From the NCBI GenBank assembly GCA_963841915.1, contig CAWJEN010000006.1, forward strand, positions 1,088,001-1,152,000: a stretch of DNA of 64,000 nt. Direction: 5' to 3'. The stretch's first letter is position 1; each line of letters begins with the position of its first letter. Shown one piece after another: positions 9,120 through 18,854 of this stretch. Source of the stretch: an uncultured Planctomycetota bacterium (GTDB lineage Bacteria; Planctomycetota; Phycisphaerae; Tepidisphaerales; Tepidisphaeraceae). The notes under the pieces are model-generated. The model saw only the letters and a list, made by a program, of their open reading frames with translations, did no database searches and had not been told where the DNA came from. The position numbers and the translations under genes were made by a program.

Positions 9120-10094
9120 TCAGTACCCGGCATCGGGATCAACCAGGTTCATCATCTCGCCACGGGCCAGGGCATTGAGCAGGATCGCCAGCTCCCCGAT
9201 GCGGATCTCGGCCCGGCCTTCGGCGGCCCATGCGCCACCGACGTGGGGGGACATCACGACGTTGTCCAGCGCACCCCAGTTGCATTGGCCGGGCTGCACC
9301 TGCTCGCGCTGCTCCTTGGGCAGATGCTCAGGATACTGCCACCACACGTCCAAGCCCGCCGCGGCAATTCGGCCTGACCGCAGTGCGTCGAACAGCGGCT
9401 TTTCCTGAAGAACCGCACCGCGGCCGACGTTGACGACGACGCTATTCGGCGGCAGCTTCGCCAGCTCGGTCTCGCCGATGAGGTCTTTGGTTGCGTTCGT
9501 CATGGGCAAGGCCGAGACGAGCACGTCGGCCTGCGGGAGCACGTCGTGCAGACGGTCGACGGGCGTGGTGCCGTCGCGGCCTGAGCGGGTCACGCCGATG
9601 ACCTTGACGTCGAAGGCTTCGAGGGTGCGTCCGATGCGGCGGCCGATTTCACCAAAGCCGAGAACAACAGCCCGTTTGCCGCTGAGGACGATCATGCGGC
9701 GGAGCAGGTCTGTGTTGGTGTTGCGACCGGCCCACCGGCCGTTGCGAAGGTCGGCATCCATGACCGGCACGAGCCGACAAGCGGCCAGGAGCAGAGCGAT
9801 CGCCTGTTCGGCGGTGGCGTCGGCATTGTCGTGCAGGTTGTGCAGCGTCACGCGGCCTGCGGTCGCTTTGACGGCGGCACGTACGTCGTCACCGGGGCCG
9901 GCCCAGGGAATGACGACGCGCTGCAATTGCGGCAGCGCGTCGATGGTGGCGGCGTCGACGTTGCCGACATGAATAACGGTGTCGGCCGGCGGCGTGTCGG
10001 CGGTCCGGATGTTGCAGGCGGCCGCCTCTTGGCGGAGCTTGTCAAGGTGTTGCGACGGCCAGTCGCCGCGGAGGTATGTCAGCGGTGAGGTCAT
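9120..10094 (-). CDS. D-isomer-specific 2-hydroxyacid dehydrogenase
   Basis: GFGEIGR, VVNVGRG, AGLDVWW and SPHVGG motifs. Confidence 0.9.
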   Translation of the reverse strand: MTSPLTYLRGDWPSQHLDKLRQEAAACNIRTADTPPADTVIHVGNVDAATIDALPQLQRVVIPWAGPGDDVRAAVKATAGRVTLHNLHDNADATAEQAIALLLAACRLVPVMDADLRNGRWAGRNTNTDLLRRMIVLSGKRAVVLGFGEIGRRIGRTLEAFDVKVIGVTRSGRDGTTPVDRLHDVLPQADVLVSALPMTNATKDLIGETELAKLPPNSVVVNVGRGAVLQEKPLFDALRSGRIAAAGLDVWWQYPEHLPKEQREQVQPGQCNWGALDNVVMSPHVGGAWAAEGRAEIRIGELAILLNALARGEMMNLVDPDAGY

Positions 10095-10111
10095 GGGCCG
10101 AGCCTAAACCT

Positions 10112-11290
10112 GTGGTCGTGCCCTTCCCACTTGCCTATCTCGCGGCCGGGTTCCCAATAAGGTCGGAAACGTTCGTTTGGCGTGAGGTTCGTGCGCTGAA
10201 AGCGCGTAATTGGCCTTTGCATTTGTTCGCACTGCGCACGATCCCCAACAGCAGTTCGGAGTTGTCGGATCTTGCTACACAGACGGAGGCGGTGTACGAC
10301 CTGCCGACGTCGGCGATGCGGGGCAAGTTGCACTGGTGGCGGGACGCGGCGATGCCCGGCGAAACGATGTCGCCGAAGGAGCGGATCAAGCTGCGATTCC
10401 AGCAACGCGCAGGGCGGGCTCTGGCCGCTCGCCTAAGGGACGAAAAGGTGCAACACGTACACGCCCACTTCGCCCACGCACCGGCGAGCGTGGCGATGTA
10501 CGCGGCCGACGCGGCGGGGATCTCGTGGAGTTTCACCGGACACGCCAACGACCTGTTCCAGCGGCGACAGCTGCTCAAGCGGAAGCTGGAGCGGGCCAGC
10601 TTCGTGGCGTGCATCAGCCAGTGGCACAAGGCGTGGTACGAGTCTATCTATCCGGGCGGTAGGTACGAGATCGTTCGCTGTGGTGTGCCCATCAACGACT
10701 ACGGCCCAGCACCGGCTCGGCAGGCGGGGCGTCTGCGGGTGCTGACGGTGTGTCGCCTTGTGGAGAAAAAGGGGGTCGACACGCTGCTGCGCGCTGCTGC
10801 GGGGGTGCCCGGGGTCGAGGTGACGGTCGCGGGGGACGGGCCGATGCGTCAGGAGCTGGAGGCGATGGCGCCTGCGGGGGCGCGGTTTCTGGGCGCGGTC
10901 GACGCATCGGCCGTAGCCGGCCTGCTTCGGGAGCACGACGCGTTTGCCCTGCCGTGTCGACCGGCGGGGAGTGGTGATCGTGACGGCATCCCGGTGGTGC
11001 TGATGGAAGCCATGGCAGCGGGCCTGCCCACGCTCGGCGGAGACTTGCCTGCCATTCGAGAGCTGATTCAAGACGGCCAGACGGGTCGGCTGATCGACGT
11101 TGAGGTGTCGCTGGAGCAGCAGATCGAGCAGACGGCTGTTGTGCTGCGGGAGTGGTTGGCCGATCCGTCGCGGGCGGCGGATGTGGCTTTAGAGGCTCGC
11201 AAGCGGGTTTCTGACGAGTTTTCGCTTGCCCGGAATGTCGGACGGCTGGAAGCGAACTTCGCCCGCACGATCGCGGGCGGTGAATCGTAA
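10112..11290 (+). CDS. GT4 glycosyltransferase (WcaL-like)
   Basis: FP..SETFV.RE, HVHAHFA, SFTGHANDLF, RLVEKKG and DGIPVVLMEAMAAG. Start is approximate. Confidence 0.9.
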   Translation: MVVPFPLAYLAAGFPIRSETFVWREVRALKARNWPLHLFALRTIPNSSSELSDLATQTEAVYDLPTSAMRGKLHWWRDAAMPGETMSPKERIKLRFQQRAGRALAARLRDEKVQHVHAHFAHAPASVAMYAADAAGISWSFTGHANDLFQRRQLLKRKLERASFVACISQWHKAWYESIYPGGRYEIVRCGVPINDYGPAPARQAGRLRVLTVCRLVEKKGVDTLLRAAAGVPGVEVTVAGDGPMRQELEAMAPAGARFLGAVDASAVAGLLREHDAFALPCRPAGSGDRDGIPVVLMEAMAAGLPTLGGDLPAIRELIQDGQTGRLIDVEVSLEQQIEQTAVVLREWLADPSRAADVALEARKRVSDEFSLARNVGRLEANFARTIAGGES

Positions 11291-11421
11291 ACTGTGTGGC
11301 GGCGTGATCTTGCGAGGCGGTACAACGTGCCGATAACCTGAGACAGGCCGGCTTTGGCCGTAGCAGGACACTGCCGTGACCGACGCTTAGGCTGGCGAGC
11401 CACAGAAGCCTTTGACCCCTG

Positions 11422-12468
11422 ATGCCCGAGCGCGACCACGAGCCTTCGACTGACCTCACGCCGACCCCTCGGCCGGGTCGTCGCTACGCGCTGGTCACGC
11501 CCTGCCGCGACGAGGCCGACTTTGCCGATCAGACGCTGGCCAGCATTGCCGATCAGACAGAGCCGCCTGCGCTTTGGATCGTCGTCGACGACGGCAGCAG
11601 CGACCGAACGCCCGAGATCCTGGCGGCGTGGCAAAAGCGTCTGCCGTACCTGAAAGTCGTCCGCCGTCAGGACAAAGGCTCCCGCCGCGTCGGGGCCGGT
11701 GTGGTCGAGGCCTTCGATGAGGGGCTCACGCACGTCGACTTGAACGACTTTGACTACGTCTGCAAGTTCGACCTCGATTTGAAGATGCCGGTGGGCTACT
11801 TCGCGGGTGTCATGGACGCGATGGAAGCCGACCCGCGACTGGCCGCCTTCAGTGGAAAACCGTACTTCCGTCACCGCAACCCGCTCGGCGTCGAGCGGAT
11901 GACGAGCGAGATGTGCGGCGACGAAAACGCCGTCGGCATGGCCAAATTCTACCGAACCGACGCCTTCCAGCAGATCGGCGGGTTCGTCCGCGAACTCATG
12001 TGGGACGGCATCGACGGTCACCTTTGTCGCCTGCACGGCTGGCGGGCTGCGTCGCGAGACGACGAGGCACTTCGGTTTGAGCACCTTCGCCCGATGGGCA
12101 CCAGCCACCGCGGCTGGTGGACCGGCCGGGCCAGGCACGGCCGCGGGCAGCACTTCATGGGTACGGGCCTGACGTACATGACCGCCAGCGCGACCTATCG
12201 CCTGACCAGGCCGCCGCGCCTGATCGGTGGATTTGCGATGATGTGGGGTTATCTGAGTGCTCTGCTGCGTCGTGAGCCGCGTTACGACCAGAAGTACGAC
12301 GATCCGACGTTCCGCCGCTTCCTGCGTCGGTACCAGCGTCTTTGTTTGTTGCATGGCAAGGAGCGGGCGACAGAAATGGTCGACGCCGAGCACGCCGCCG
12401 GTCATGCCGACCGCGTCTCTGCCACGACGGCCGAGGGTCACGTCATCGCAGCGCCGTCTGCGGGCTGA
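11422..12468 (+). CDS. GT2 glycosyltransferase
   Basis: VTPCRDEA, VVDDGSSD, KFDLDL (DxD), WDGID and HLRPMG. Confidence 0.88.
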   Translation: MPERDHEPSTDLTPTPRPGRRYALVTPCRDEADFADQTLASIADQTEPPALWIVVDDGSSDRTPEILAAWQKRLPYLKVVRRQDKGSRRVGAGVVEAFDEGLTHVDLNDFDYVCKFDLDLKMPVGYFAGVMDAMEADPRLAAFSGKPYFRHRNPLGVERMTSEMCGDENAVGMAKFYRTDAFQQIGGFVRELMWDGIDGHLCRLHGWRAASRDDEALRFEHLRPMGTSHRGWWTGRARHGRGQHFMGTGLTYMTASATYRLTRPPRLIGGFAMMWGYLSALLRREPRYDQKYDDPTFRRFLRRYQRLCLLHGKERATEMVDAEHAAGHADRVSATTAEGHVIAAPSAG

Positions 12469-12640
12469 GCGAAGCCAGGTCAATCTGTAACGGCTGTAGC
12501 GACTGGCTTCAGAAGCCGTTCTGTTTTGGTCGATAGAACCGGTAACTGACCTGAATGGGGCTGCCTCGTCGGCGGCGCAGTCGGTACGTTCTTGCGGCAG
12601 CCGTCAGCGCCTGCCGCACCACTTTCTCGCCGAGTCGCTT

Positions 12641-14749
12641 TTGAGTCTCGCCCACAGCAACTACGACAACTTCTCCAGGCAGGTCCCGGAAGCGCAGGCC
12701 TCGTATCGTGAGTCAAGTGACCCTGTCGCTCCCGCCTCTGACGCGTCCTGCGTCGACTTATCCAGCGTTTCGAGTGACCAGGATGCCTTGAGCAGACCCG
12801 ACCACCAGCCCACGCCGCCCCACGGGCTGCCCCCCGCGCCAGAGCCCCCTCCGGAGCGGTTTGCCGACCCGACGATTCGTCTCAAGGACGTACGTCGCAT
12901 CGTGCTCGACAGCGTCAGCATTGACGTGCTGACCCAGGAGCAGACGCTGGGCGTCATCCTCAACGAACTCGACGCCGGCGTCGGCGGAACGGTCGTCACG
13001 CCCAATCTCGATCACCTGTGCCGGGCGCACGGCGGCTTGGCATTTCGCGACCTCAACGAACGCTTCGAACTCAGCGTCGCCGACGGCATGCCGGTCGTGT
13101 GGGCGAGCAAGGTGCGCGGCACGCCTCTGCCCGAACGGGTGGCAGGCAGCGACTTGTTCGAGACCCTGCCGATGGCCGCGGCCAGGCGTGGGCGGAGTGT
13201 CTTTCTCTTCGGCGGCAACGCGGGCACCGCGGAGAAATCGGCAGACATTCTCAAGGCCAGGACGCCTGACCTCAAGATCGCCGGGACCTACTACCCGCCG
13301 TTCGGTTTTGAGCAGAAGGACGAAGGGCTTGCCGCCGCAGCCGAGGCGTTGCGTGCTGCCCAGCCCGACATCGTTTTCGTCGCCCTGGGCAGTCCGAAGC
13401 AAGAGAAAGTCATCCAAAAGCTCCGGGCCACGCTACCCAACGCCTGGTGGCTTGGCGTCGGCATTAGCTTCAGCTTCCTCGTTGGTGAGGTGCAACGCGC
13501 ACCCAAGTGGCTTCGCATGGCAGGCGGTGAGTTTCTGCACCGTCTGATCCAAGAACCGGGCAAACTCGGTAAGCGATACGCCGCCGACGCGTTGTACCTC
13601 GCGCGGCTGCTGACGGTCGCGGGAAGATACCGCATTGGACTCGACCGGTCGTCGGCGATTGTGACGACCTCCGTCGCACCCGGCAACGACGAGCCGGCAC
13701 CGGCCACACCTGCCCTTGTCGAGGCACCGGCCGCGCCGACACCGCCGCCGCCCTTGGCGTTTGTGCCTTCTGTGGCTGACTCTGGTGATCAGCACGAAGC
13801 GGTCAACGAGGTTCTGTCCCGCGTCCGCGAGATGATCCTGCTCGGCGGCAGCACCATGCAAAGCCGCATGGCCATGACACTGGGCCGACCGACGCTCGAA
13901 CTGCCGCTGCGTCGCCGTGGCGACGACGAGCCGCACGCCGGTAAGATGGAGCGTCTGCTCGACGCCTGGATCCGCTGGGGCCAAGGCGTGGCCGACATGG
14001 CCGGCCTCGACTATCTGCCGATCCGCCTCGTCGTCAACGACAAGCAAAGCACGCCCGAACTCGTCGCCCCCGAAGGCGTTGTGCCGAGGCCGCCGGGCTC
14101 ATTCGAGATTGATGAAGACCTCAGCGAATACCGCGGCACGGGTGGCCTGCTGCATGACCTGACAAAGGATCACGACGAGCGCGATCTCGTGCTCGTCTGC
14201 ACGGCCCGGCAGATCATGCTCGACCCGCTGCCGGTCGTCGTCCGCACCCTCGCCGGCCGGTTTGCCCGCGGGGCAGACGCATCGCTGTTCAGTCACCACG
14301 ATGGCACGCCGGTCGGTGTGATGCTCCTGCGGTGCGGCCTGCTCCACAACGTCAAGGCCAACGGCTTTGTCGACATGAAACAGCAGGTCCTGCCGGGTGC
14401 GATCAACAAATTCGACGTCCGCGTGGTGCCGAGCCGTCGACCGACGAACATGCCCGTTTTCGGCGTGGCCAGCTATATCGCCGCGTTGACGCAGTACCAC
14501 GCGACCCGCCGCCGCGGGTTGACGTCACCAGCGCTCGAAATCCCGGGGGCCGAGGACTTTTCGTGTCACTTCGCCCTGGCAGAGGACGGCGCGACGGTCG
14601 CCGACTCGGCGTACTTGCACGACGCGGTGGTGCTCGACGGCGCGACGGTCGAAGCCGGCGCAGCAGTCATCGGCAGTGTGATCGGCCCGGGCGTGACGGT
14701 CCGCAAGGGCCAGCAGGTGTTTAAGAGCCCGCTCCGCAAAACGGCGTAG
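12641..14749 (+). CDS. WecB/TagA/CpsF glycosyltransferase fused to a degenerate nucleotidyltransferase-like and hexapeptide-repeat domain
   Basis: N-half has VVTPNLDH, ADGMPVVWAS, ERVAGSDL, PPFGF, VALGSPKQE and QRAPKW..E..HRL.QEP. After a Pro-rich linker, the C-half has ILLGGS, P.LELPL, YRGTGGLL.D and terminal VxxxAxV repeats. Start uncertain. Confidence 0.8.
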   Translation: MSLAHSNYDNFSRQVPEAQASYRESSDPVAPASDASCVDLSSVSSDQDALSRPDHQPTPPHGLPPAPEPPPERFADPTIRLKDVRRIVLDSVSIDVLTQEQTLGVILNELDAGVGGTVVTPNLDHLCRAHGGLAFRDLNERFELSVADGMPVVWASKVRGTPLPERVAGSDLFETLPMAAARRGRSVFLFGGNAGTAEKSADILKARTPDLKIAGTYYPPFGFEQKDEGLAAAAEALRAAQPDIVFVALGSPKQEKVIQKLRATLPNAWWLGVGISFSFLVGEVQRAPKWLRMAGGEFLHRLIQEPGKLGKRYAADALYLARLLTVAGRYRIGLDRSSAIVTTSVAPGNDEPAPATPALVEAPAAPTPPPPLAFVPSVADSGDQHEAVNEVLSRVREMILLGGSTMQSRMAMTLGRPTLELPLRRRGDDEPHAGKMERLLDAWIRWGQGVADMAGLDYLPIRLVVNDKQSTPELVAPEGVVPRPPGSFEIDEDLSEYRGTGGLLHDLTKDHDERDLVLVCTARQIMLDPLPVVVRTLAGRFARGADASLFSHHDGTPVGVMLLRCGLLHNVKANGFVDMKQQVLPGAINKFDVRVVPSRRPTNMPVFGVASYIAALTQYHATRRRGLTSPALEIPGAEDFSCHFALAEDGATVADSAYLHDAVVLDGATVEAGAAVIGSVIGPGVTVRKGQQVFKSPLRKTA

Positions 14750-14928
14750 CAGGTCCTGAGCGTTCCTCTGAGTGCCTCTGATCGACCGCTGTCTGCGGCG
14801 GACAACCAGTGTCGGACGTTGTTCAGCAGGACACGGTCCCAGACACTGGTTGTGCCGCATCCGAATGCGGCTCAAGCAGTGGCACCAGAAGAGGGATCGT
14901 CCACGAGATCAGCGACTATGATGACCCC

Positions 14929-16353
14929 ATGACCGCCACCGCTGCGAAGATGCCGGACGCGTTGACCGCGTTCCACTGGGAACCGCAGCCGCAGGCGGCG
15001 GCGTTCGTGAAGAAGGTCGTCGACGATTTCCTGGAGAAGCTGCCGGAGGCGAAGGCGTTCGCGGATCGGCTGTATCGGGAGACGGGGAACCGGTTTGCGG
15101 ATCTCGTTTCTGAAGTAACGCTGCACGTGTCAAAGCGGGAGCTCGAAGACGCTGGCTGGAGCGAAAAGCGACCCGGCCAATTCATCAACACGCTCGGCAT
15201 GTTCCCACCGGTACAAGTTCTCACAGACACGAAGGACGCTTCCATTCGGATCGGGATCAAGTGCGAAAGCGTCATCGACATGGGCTCAGCATTACCGCAA
15301 AGTTGGAAAAGTCGCGTTGCTCTCGGTGATCCAGGTGCGGCGTATCGCAGCATGACGCTTTATGAGCAAGACATGTACGCAGGTGGCCGCGACGGAACGG
15401 TTTCGCTAGAGGCGGTGGAACGTCATGGCGTGGAGCCATTCTCGACAGGCTCGGTCGAGACAACCTCTCCAGCATCTGAAGAAGTGCTCGATTGGTTCCG
15501 GCTCCGTGAGCGAACGACCGCAAATGTGAACGAAGAACTTGTTCTTGACGAGTTGCGGCAACTCATCGATCAAGCAGTCAATCGCGTCGGCCGCGACCAA
15601 GCCTGCGATCTCTTCTTCGCCGCCGAGCGCGAGTACTGGCAACGCCGCAACACCGCCGCGCAGTTCCAGAAGGCCCGCCAGGACAAGCTCGGCATCGGCT
15701 GGGCCAACCACGACCACCACACCTACCGCTCGTCACGCCGTCACTTTCACAAACTGGTCGGCCTTTGGGAGAAGCTCGGCTTCGAGTGCCGCGAGCGGTT
15801 CTACCCCGGCCCCGAGGCGGGCTGGGGCGCGCAGGTCATGGAGCAGCCGGTCTGCGGCATCGTCACGTTCAACGACGTCGACATCTCTGAAGACGAGATG
15901 CTCACCGACTTCGCCCACGTGCCGATGGAAGACCGCACGGCCGAGGAAGGCGGCTTGGCGACTGTCGGCCTCTGGTGTGCGCTTCACGGCGAGAGCGTCC
16001 TGCAGGCGGGCATGCACCACCTCGAGTGCACGTTCGACTTCGCCGCCCTCGAAGAGCAGATGAAGACTGAAGCCGGCATCGAGACGATGCCGAAGTTCAC
16101 CGACTTCCCGCACCTCAAGCAGGCGTTTACCAAAGGCGAGCGGTGGCAGGTCGACCCGAAGCGTGTCGACGCGATCCTGGAGAAGGGCCTCATCACCGAG
16201 CACCAGGCCAAAGAGTTCAAGAAGAACGGTGCCATCGGCAGCCATCTCGAGAACCTCGAACGCAACGACGGCTTCAAGGGCTTCAACCAGACGGGCGTCA
16301 CCGACATCATCAAACGCACCGACCCACGTCGGCAGACGGCACAGGATGAGTGA
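14929..16353 (+). CDS. Conserved hypothetical protein, possibly a VOC/glyoxalase-like metalloenzyme
   Basis: Long ORF with His-rich motifs WANHDHHTYRSSR, LGFECRERF, AGMHHLE and IGSHLENLER. Confidence 0.7.
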   Translation: MTATAAKMPDALTAFHWEPQPQAAAFVKKVVDDFLEKLPEAKAFADRLYRETGNRFADLVSEVTLHVSKRELEDAGWSEKRPGQFINTLGMFPPVQVLTDTKDASIRIGIKCESVIDMGSALPQSWKSRVALGDPGAAYRSMTLYEQDMYAGGRDGTVSLEAVERHGVEPFSTGSVETTSPASEEVLDWFRLRERTTANVNEELVLDELRQLIDQAVNRVGRDQACDLFFAAEREYWQRRNTAAQFQKARQDKLGIGWANHDHHTYRSSRRHFHKLVGLWEKLGFECRERFYPGPEAGWGAQVMEQPVCGIVTFNDVDISEDEMLTDFAHVPMEDRTAEEGGLATVGLWCALHGESVLQAGMHHLECTFDFAALEEQMKTEAGIETMPKFTDFPHLKQAFTKGERWQVDPKRVDAILEKGLITEHQAKEFKKNGAIGSHLENLERNDGFKGFNQTGVTDIIKRTDPRRQTAQDE

Positions 16354-16435
16354 AATCCAAAGTGCCCGCGTCGCAACTTTGCACCGGATCGTGCTTGGGA
16401 GGACCAAGCCGGTATGGTGACGCCGGACTGCCCAC

Positions 16436-17446
16436 ATGACTGCCGACGCACCGATCTTCGCCAGTGGCCTTCAGAAGCACTACGGCGTGAGTCTGATTGG
16501 TCGCATTGTCGGCAAGAAAGGCGTCCACGCCCTACGTGGTGTCGACATCGAAGCGCGACCGGGCGAGATCTTCGGCCTGCTCGGACCTAACGGTGCGGGC
16601 AAGAGCACGCTCGTCAAGTCCCTGCTCGGCCTCGTCAAACCGACCGGAGGCACCTGCTCCATGCTCGGCAAGAAGGCCGGCTCGACGGCGGCCAGACGGG
16701 ATGTGGGCTATCTGCCGGAGCAGGCCAAGTTCCCGCCCTACCTCACCGGCAGGCAGACCGTGACTTTCTTCGCCGGCCTCGGTGGGCTCACCCGACGCGA
16801 GGCAGCCGTCGAGGCCGACCGCTGGCTTGACCGCCTGGGACTCACTGAGGCGGCCGACCGACGCGTCGGCGGCTACTCGAAGGGCATGCGCCAGCGGGTC
16901 GGCCTCGCCCAAGCCCTGGCCGCCGGTCGCCCCGGCAAGCCGCCGGGCGTGCTCATCCTCGACGAACCAACCGACGGCGTCGATCCGATGGCCCGCAAGC
17001 TCATTCGCGACGTTCTTAGCGAAACCCGCGACAGCGGTACGTGCGTCTTTCTCAACAGTCACTTGCTCGGCGAGCTCGAACTCATCTGCGACCGGGCGGC
17101 GGTCATGGTCAATGGCCGTGTCGCCACCAGCGGCACGCCGACCGAACTCGCCGGCGGGCGAGGTTCGTACCGCATCACACTCGCGGAGAATCAGCCACGG
17201 CCGACGGTCACGCATGCCAAGGCCGCATTCCAGCCGGACGGCTCGATCAGCGTCGACACGATTGACGCTGCCGAGGCGGTGCTGGTCGTCGACGAGCTGA
17301 GGCAGGCAGGCGTGGTCCTCGAGTCGTTTGTACCGGTACGGCCGACATTGGAAGACCTGTTCATGGATGCGGTCCAGCGCGACGCAGCGGAACATCCCGC
17401 ACCCGCGGTCGGCTTTCCGGTGATCCAGGAAGGAGCAGCGTCATGA
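16436..17446 (+). CDS. ABC transporter ATP-binding protein (exporter type)
   Basis: Walker A GPNGAGKS, signature YSKGM, Walker B LILDEPT and H-loop NSH. Confidence 0.93.
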   Translation: MTADAPIFASGLQKHYGVSLIGRIVGKKGVHALRGVDIEARPGEIFGLLGPNGAGKSTLVKSLLGLVKPTGGTCSMLGKKAGSTAARRDVGYLPEQAKFPPYLTGRQTVTFFAGLGGLTRREAAVEADRWLDRLGLTEAADRRVGGYSKGMRQRVGLAQALAAGRPGKPPGVLILDEPTDGVDPMARKLIRDVLSETRDSGTCVFLNSHLLGELELICDRAAVMVNGRVATSGTPTELAGGRGSYRITLAENQPRPTVTHAKAAFQPDGSISVDTIDAAEAVLVVDELRQAGVVLESFVPVRPTLEDLFMDAVQRDAAEHPAPAVGFPVIQEGAAS

Positions 17447-18606
17447 CCCTTGCCCTCCGACAGACGATGGCTCTGCTGATTGACGCCGTCCGCCGCCTGC
17501 GGGCAGCCAAGCTGTTCTGGATCACGCTGGGCCTGAGCCTGCTGGTCGCCGCCTCGTTCGGGCTGGTCGGGATCAACTCGGTGGGCTTGCACTTTCCGTT
17601 CTACGGCACGCTGCAGAACGGCTTGCTGAACACGACCATCATCCCGGCAGACGCGTTTTACAAGCTGATGTTCCTGGTGCTGGGCGTCAGCATCTGGCTT
17701 TCGTGGGCGTCGATCATCCTGGCGTTGATCAGCACGGCCGACCTGATTCCGTCACTCGCCAGTGACGGCAGCGCGGACCTGTATCTGTCGCGGCCGGTCG
17801 GTCGGGTGCGGTTGCTGCTGACGCGGTACACAACGGGCCTGCTGTTTGCGGCGGCCCAGGCGGCGTGCTTCAGCGTGGCGGCGATCTTTGTCATCGGCCT
17901 GCGAGGCGGCGTGTGGCTGCCGGCGCTGCTGTGGACGATTCCGGCCATCGTCGTTTTCTTCAGCTTTCTTTACTGCGTCAGTGCCCTCGTCGGGCTCAGC
18001 AGCCGCAACAGCATCGCAGCCATCCTGGCGACGCTGCTGGTCTGGTTCTTCAGTTGGGGCGTCGACACTGCCGATCAGGCACTGCTACAGCAACGTGAGC
18101 AGGCGGCTGTCGAGGTCGAATACACGCAGTTTGACCTCGAGCAGAACGCTCAGCTTCAATCGAGTCTGCGTGAAGCAAGCGAAATCGCCCGCAGCACCGC
18201 CGCCGGCAACGGCGACGCTCTACAGAGGCGTCTCGACGATCAGCAAGCTTCCTTGAGCAGCTGGCAAACGGCCCACAACATCGTTATGTGGGTCAAGACT
18301 CCACTGCCCAAGACGGGCGAGACGATCGAGATCCTGAACGATCGCCTCATCAGTGCGACGGACCTCCAAGGCTTCAGCGGCGAAATCAACGACGGCCGCA
18401 TCGAGCGAAGCGAAGAACGGGCAGAGCGGATGAAGCGGGACGTGAATGACACGCGGCGTCGCGAGCAAATGCAGATTGAAGGCGAGTCTCGCGCCGGCGC
18501 CGCTTACAGCGGTCGATCATGGTGGTGGTCGCTCGGCACGAGTTTTCTGTTCCAGGCAGTGCTGGTCGCTATCGCTTGCTGGATGTTTGCCAGGCGCGAC
18601 CTGTAG
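17443..18606 (+). CDS. ABC-2 type transporter permease
   Basis: Several TM helices, LYLSRPVGR motif and C-terminal FARRDL. ATGA overlap with the ATPase gene. Confidence 0.85.
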   Translation: MTLALRQTMALLIDAVRRLRAAKLFWITLGLSLLVAASFGLVGINSVGLHFPFYGTLQNGLLNTTIIPADAFYKLMFLVLGVSIWLSWASIILALISTADLIPSLASDGSADLYLSRPVGRVRLLLTRYTTGLLFAAAQAACFSVAAIFVIGLRGGVWLPALLWTIPAIVVFFSFLYCVSALVGLSSRNSIAAILATLLVWFFSWGVDTADQALLQQREQAAVEVEYTQFDLEQNAQLQSSLREASEIARSTAAGNGDALQRRLDDQQASLSSWQTAHNIVMWVKTPLPKTGETIEILNDRLISATDLQGFSGEINDGRIERSEERAERMKRDVNDTRRREQMQIEGESRAGAAYSGRSWWWSLGTSFLFQAVLVAIACWMFARRDL

Positions 18607-18723
18607 CGTCATAGCAGCCCAATCTGCAGCTTGATCTCTGCCCGACTCGCAGCTTGATCTCCACCGGACTTGCCTGCGGCATTGACGCCGCGAGTGACGA
18701 CGCCAATACTGTCGGCCCAAGAC

Positions 18724-18797
<74 letters not shown>

Positions 18798-18803
18798 TCA
18801 ACT

Positions 18804-18837
18804 AGCGAGCCCGCGACGCATGTCGCGGGCTCGCTTT
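18804..18837. terminator. Hairpin terminator between tRNA-Arg and convergent xerD
   Basis: AGCGAGCCCGCGAC-gcat-GTCGCGGGCTCGCT followed by TT (14-bp stem). Confidence 0.75.
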
Positions 18838-18854
18838 ACATCGTGAGCAGACCT

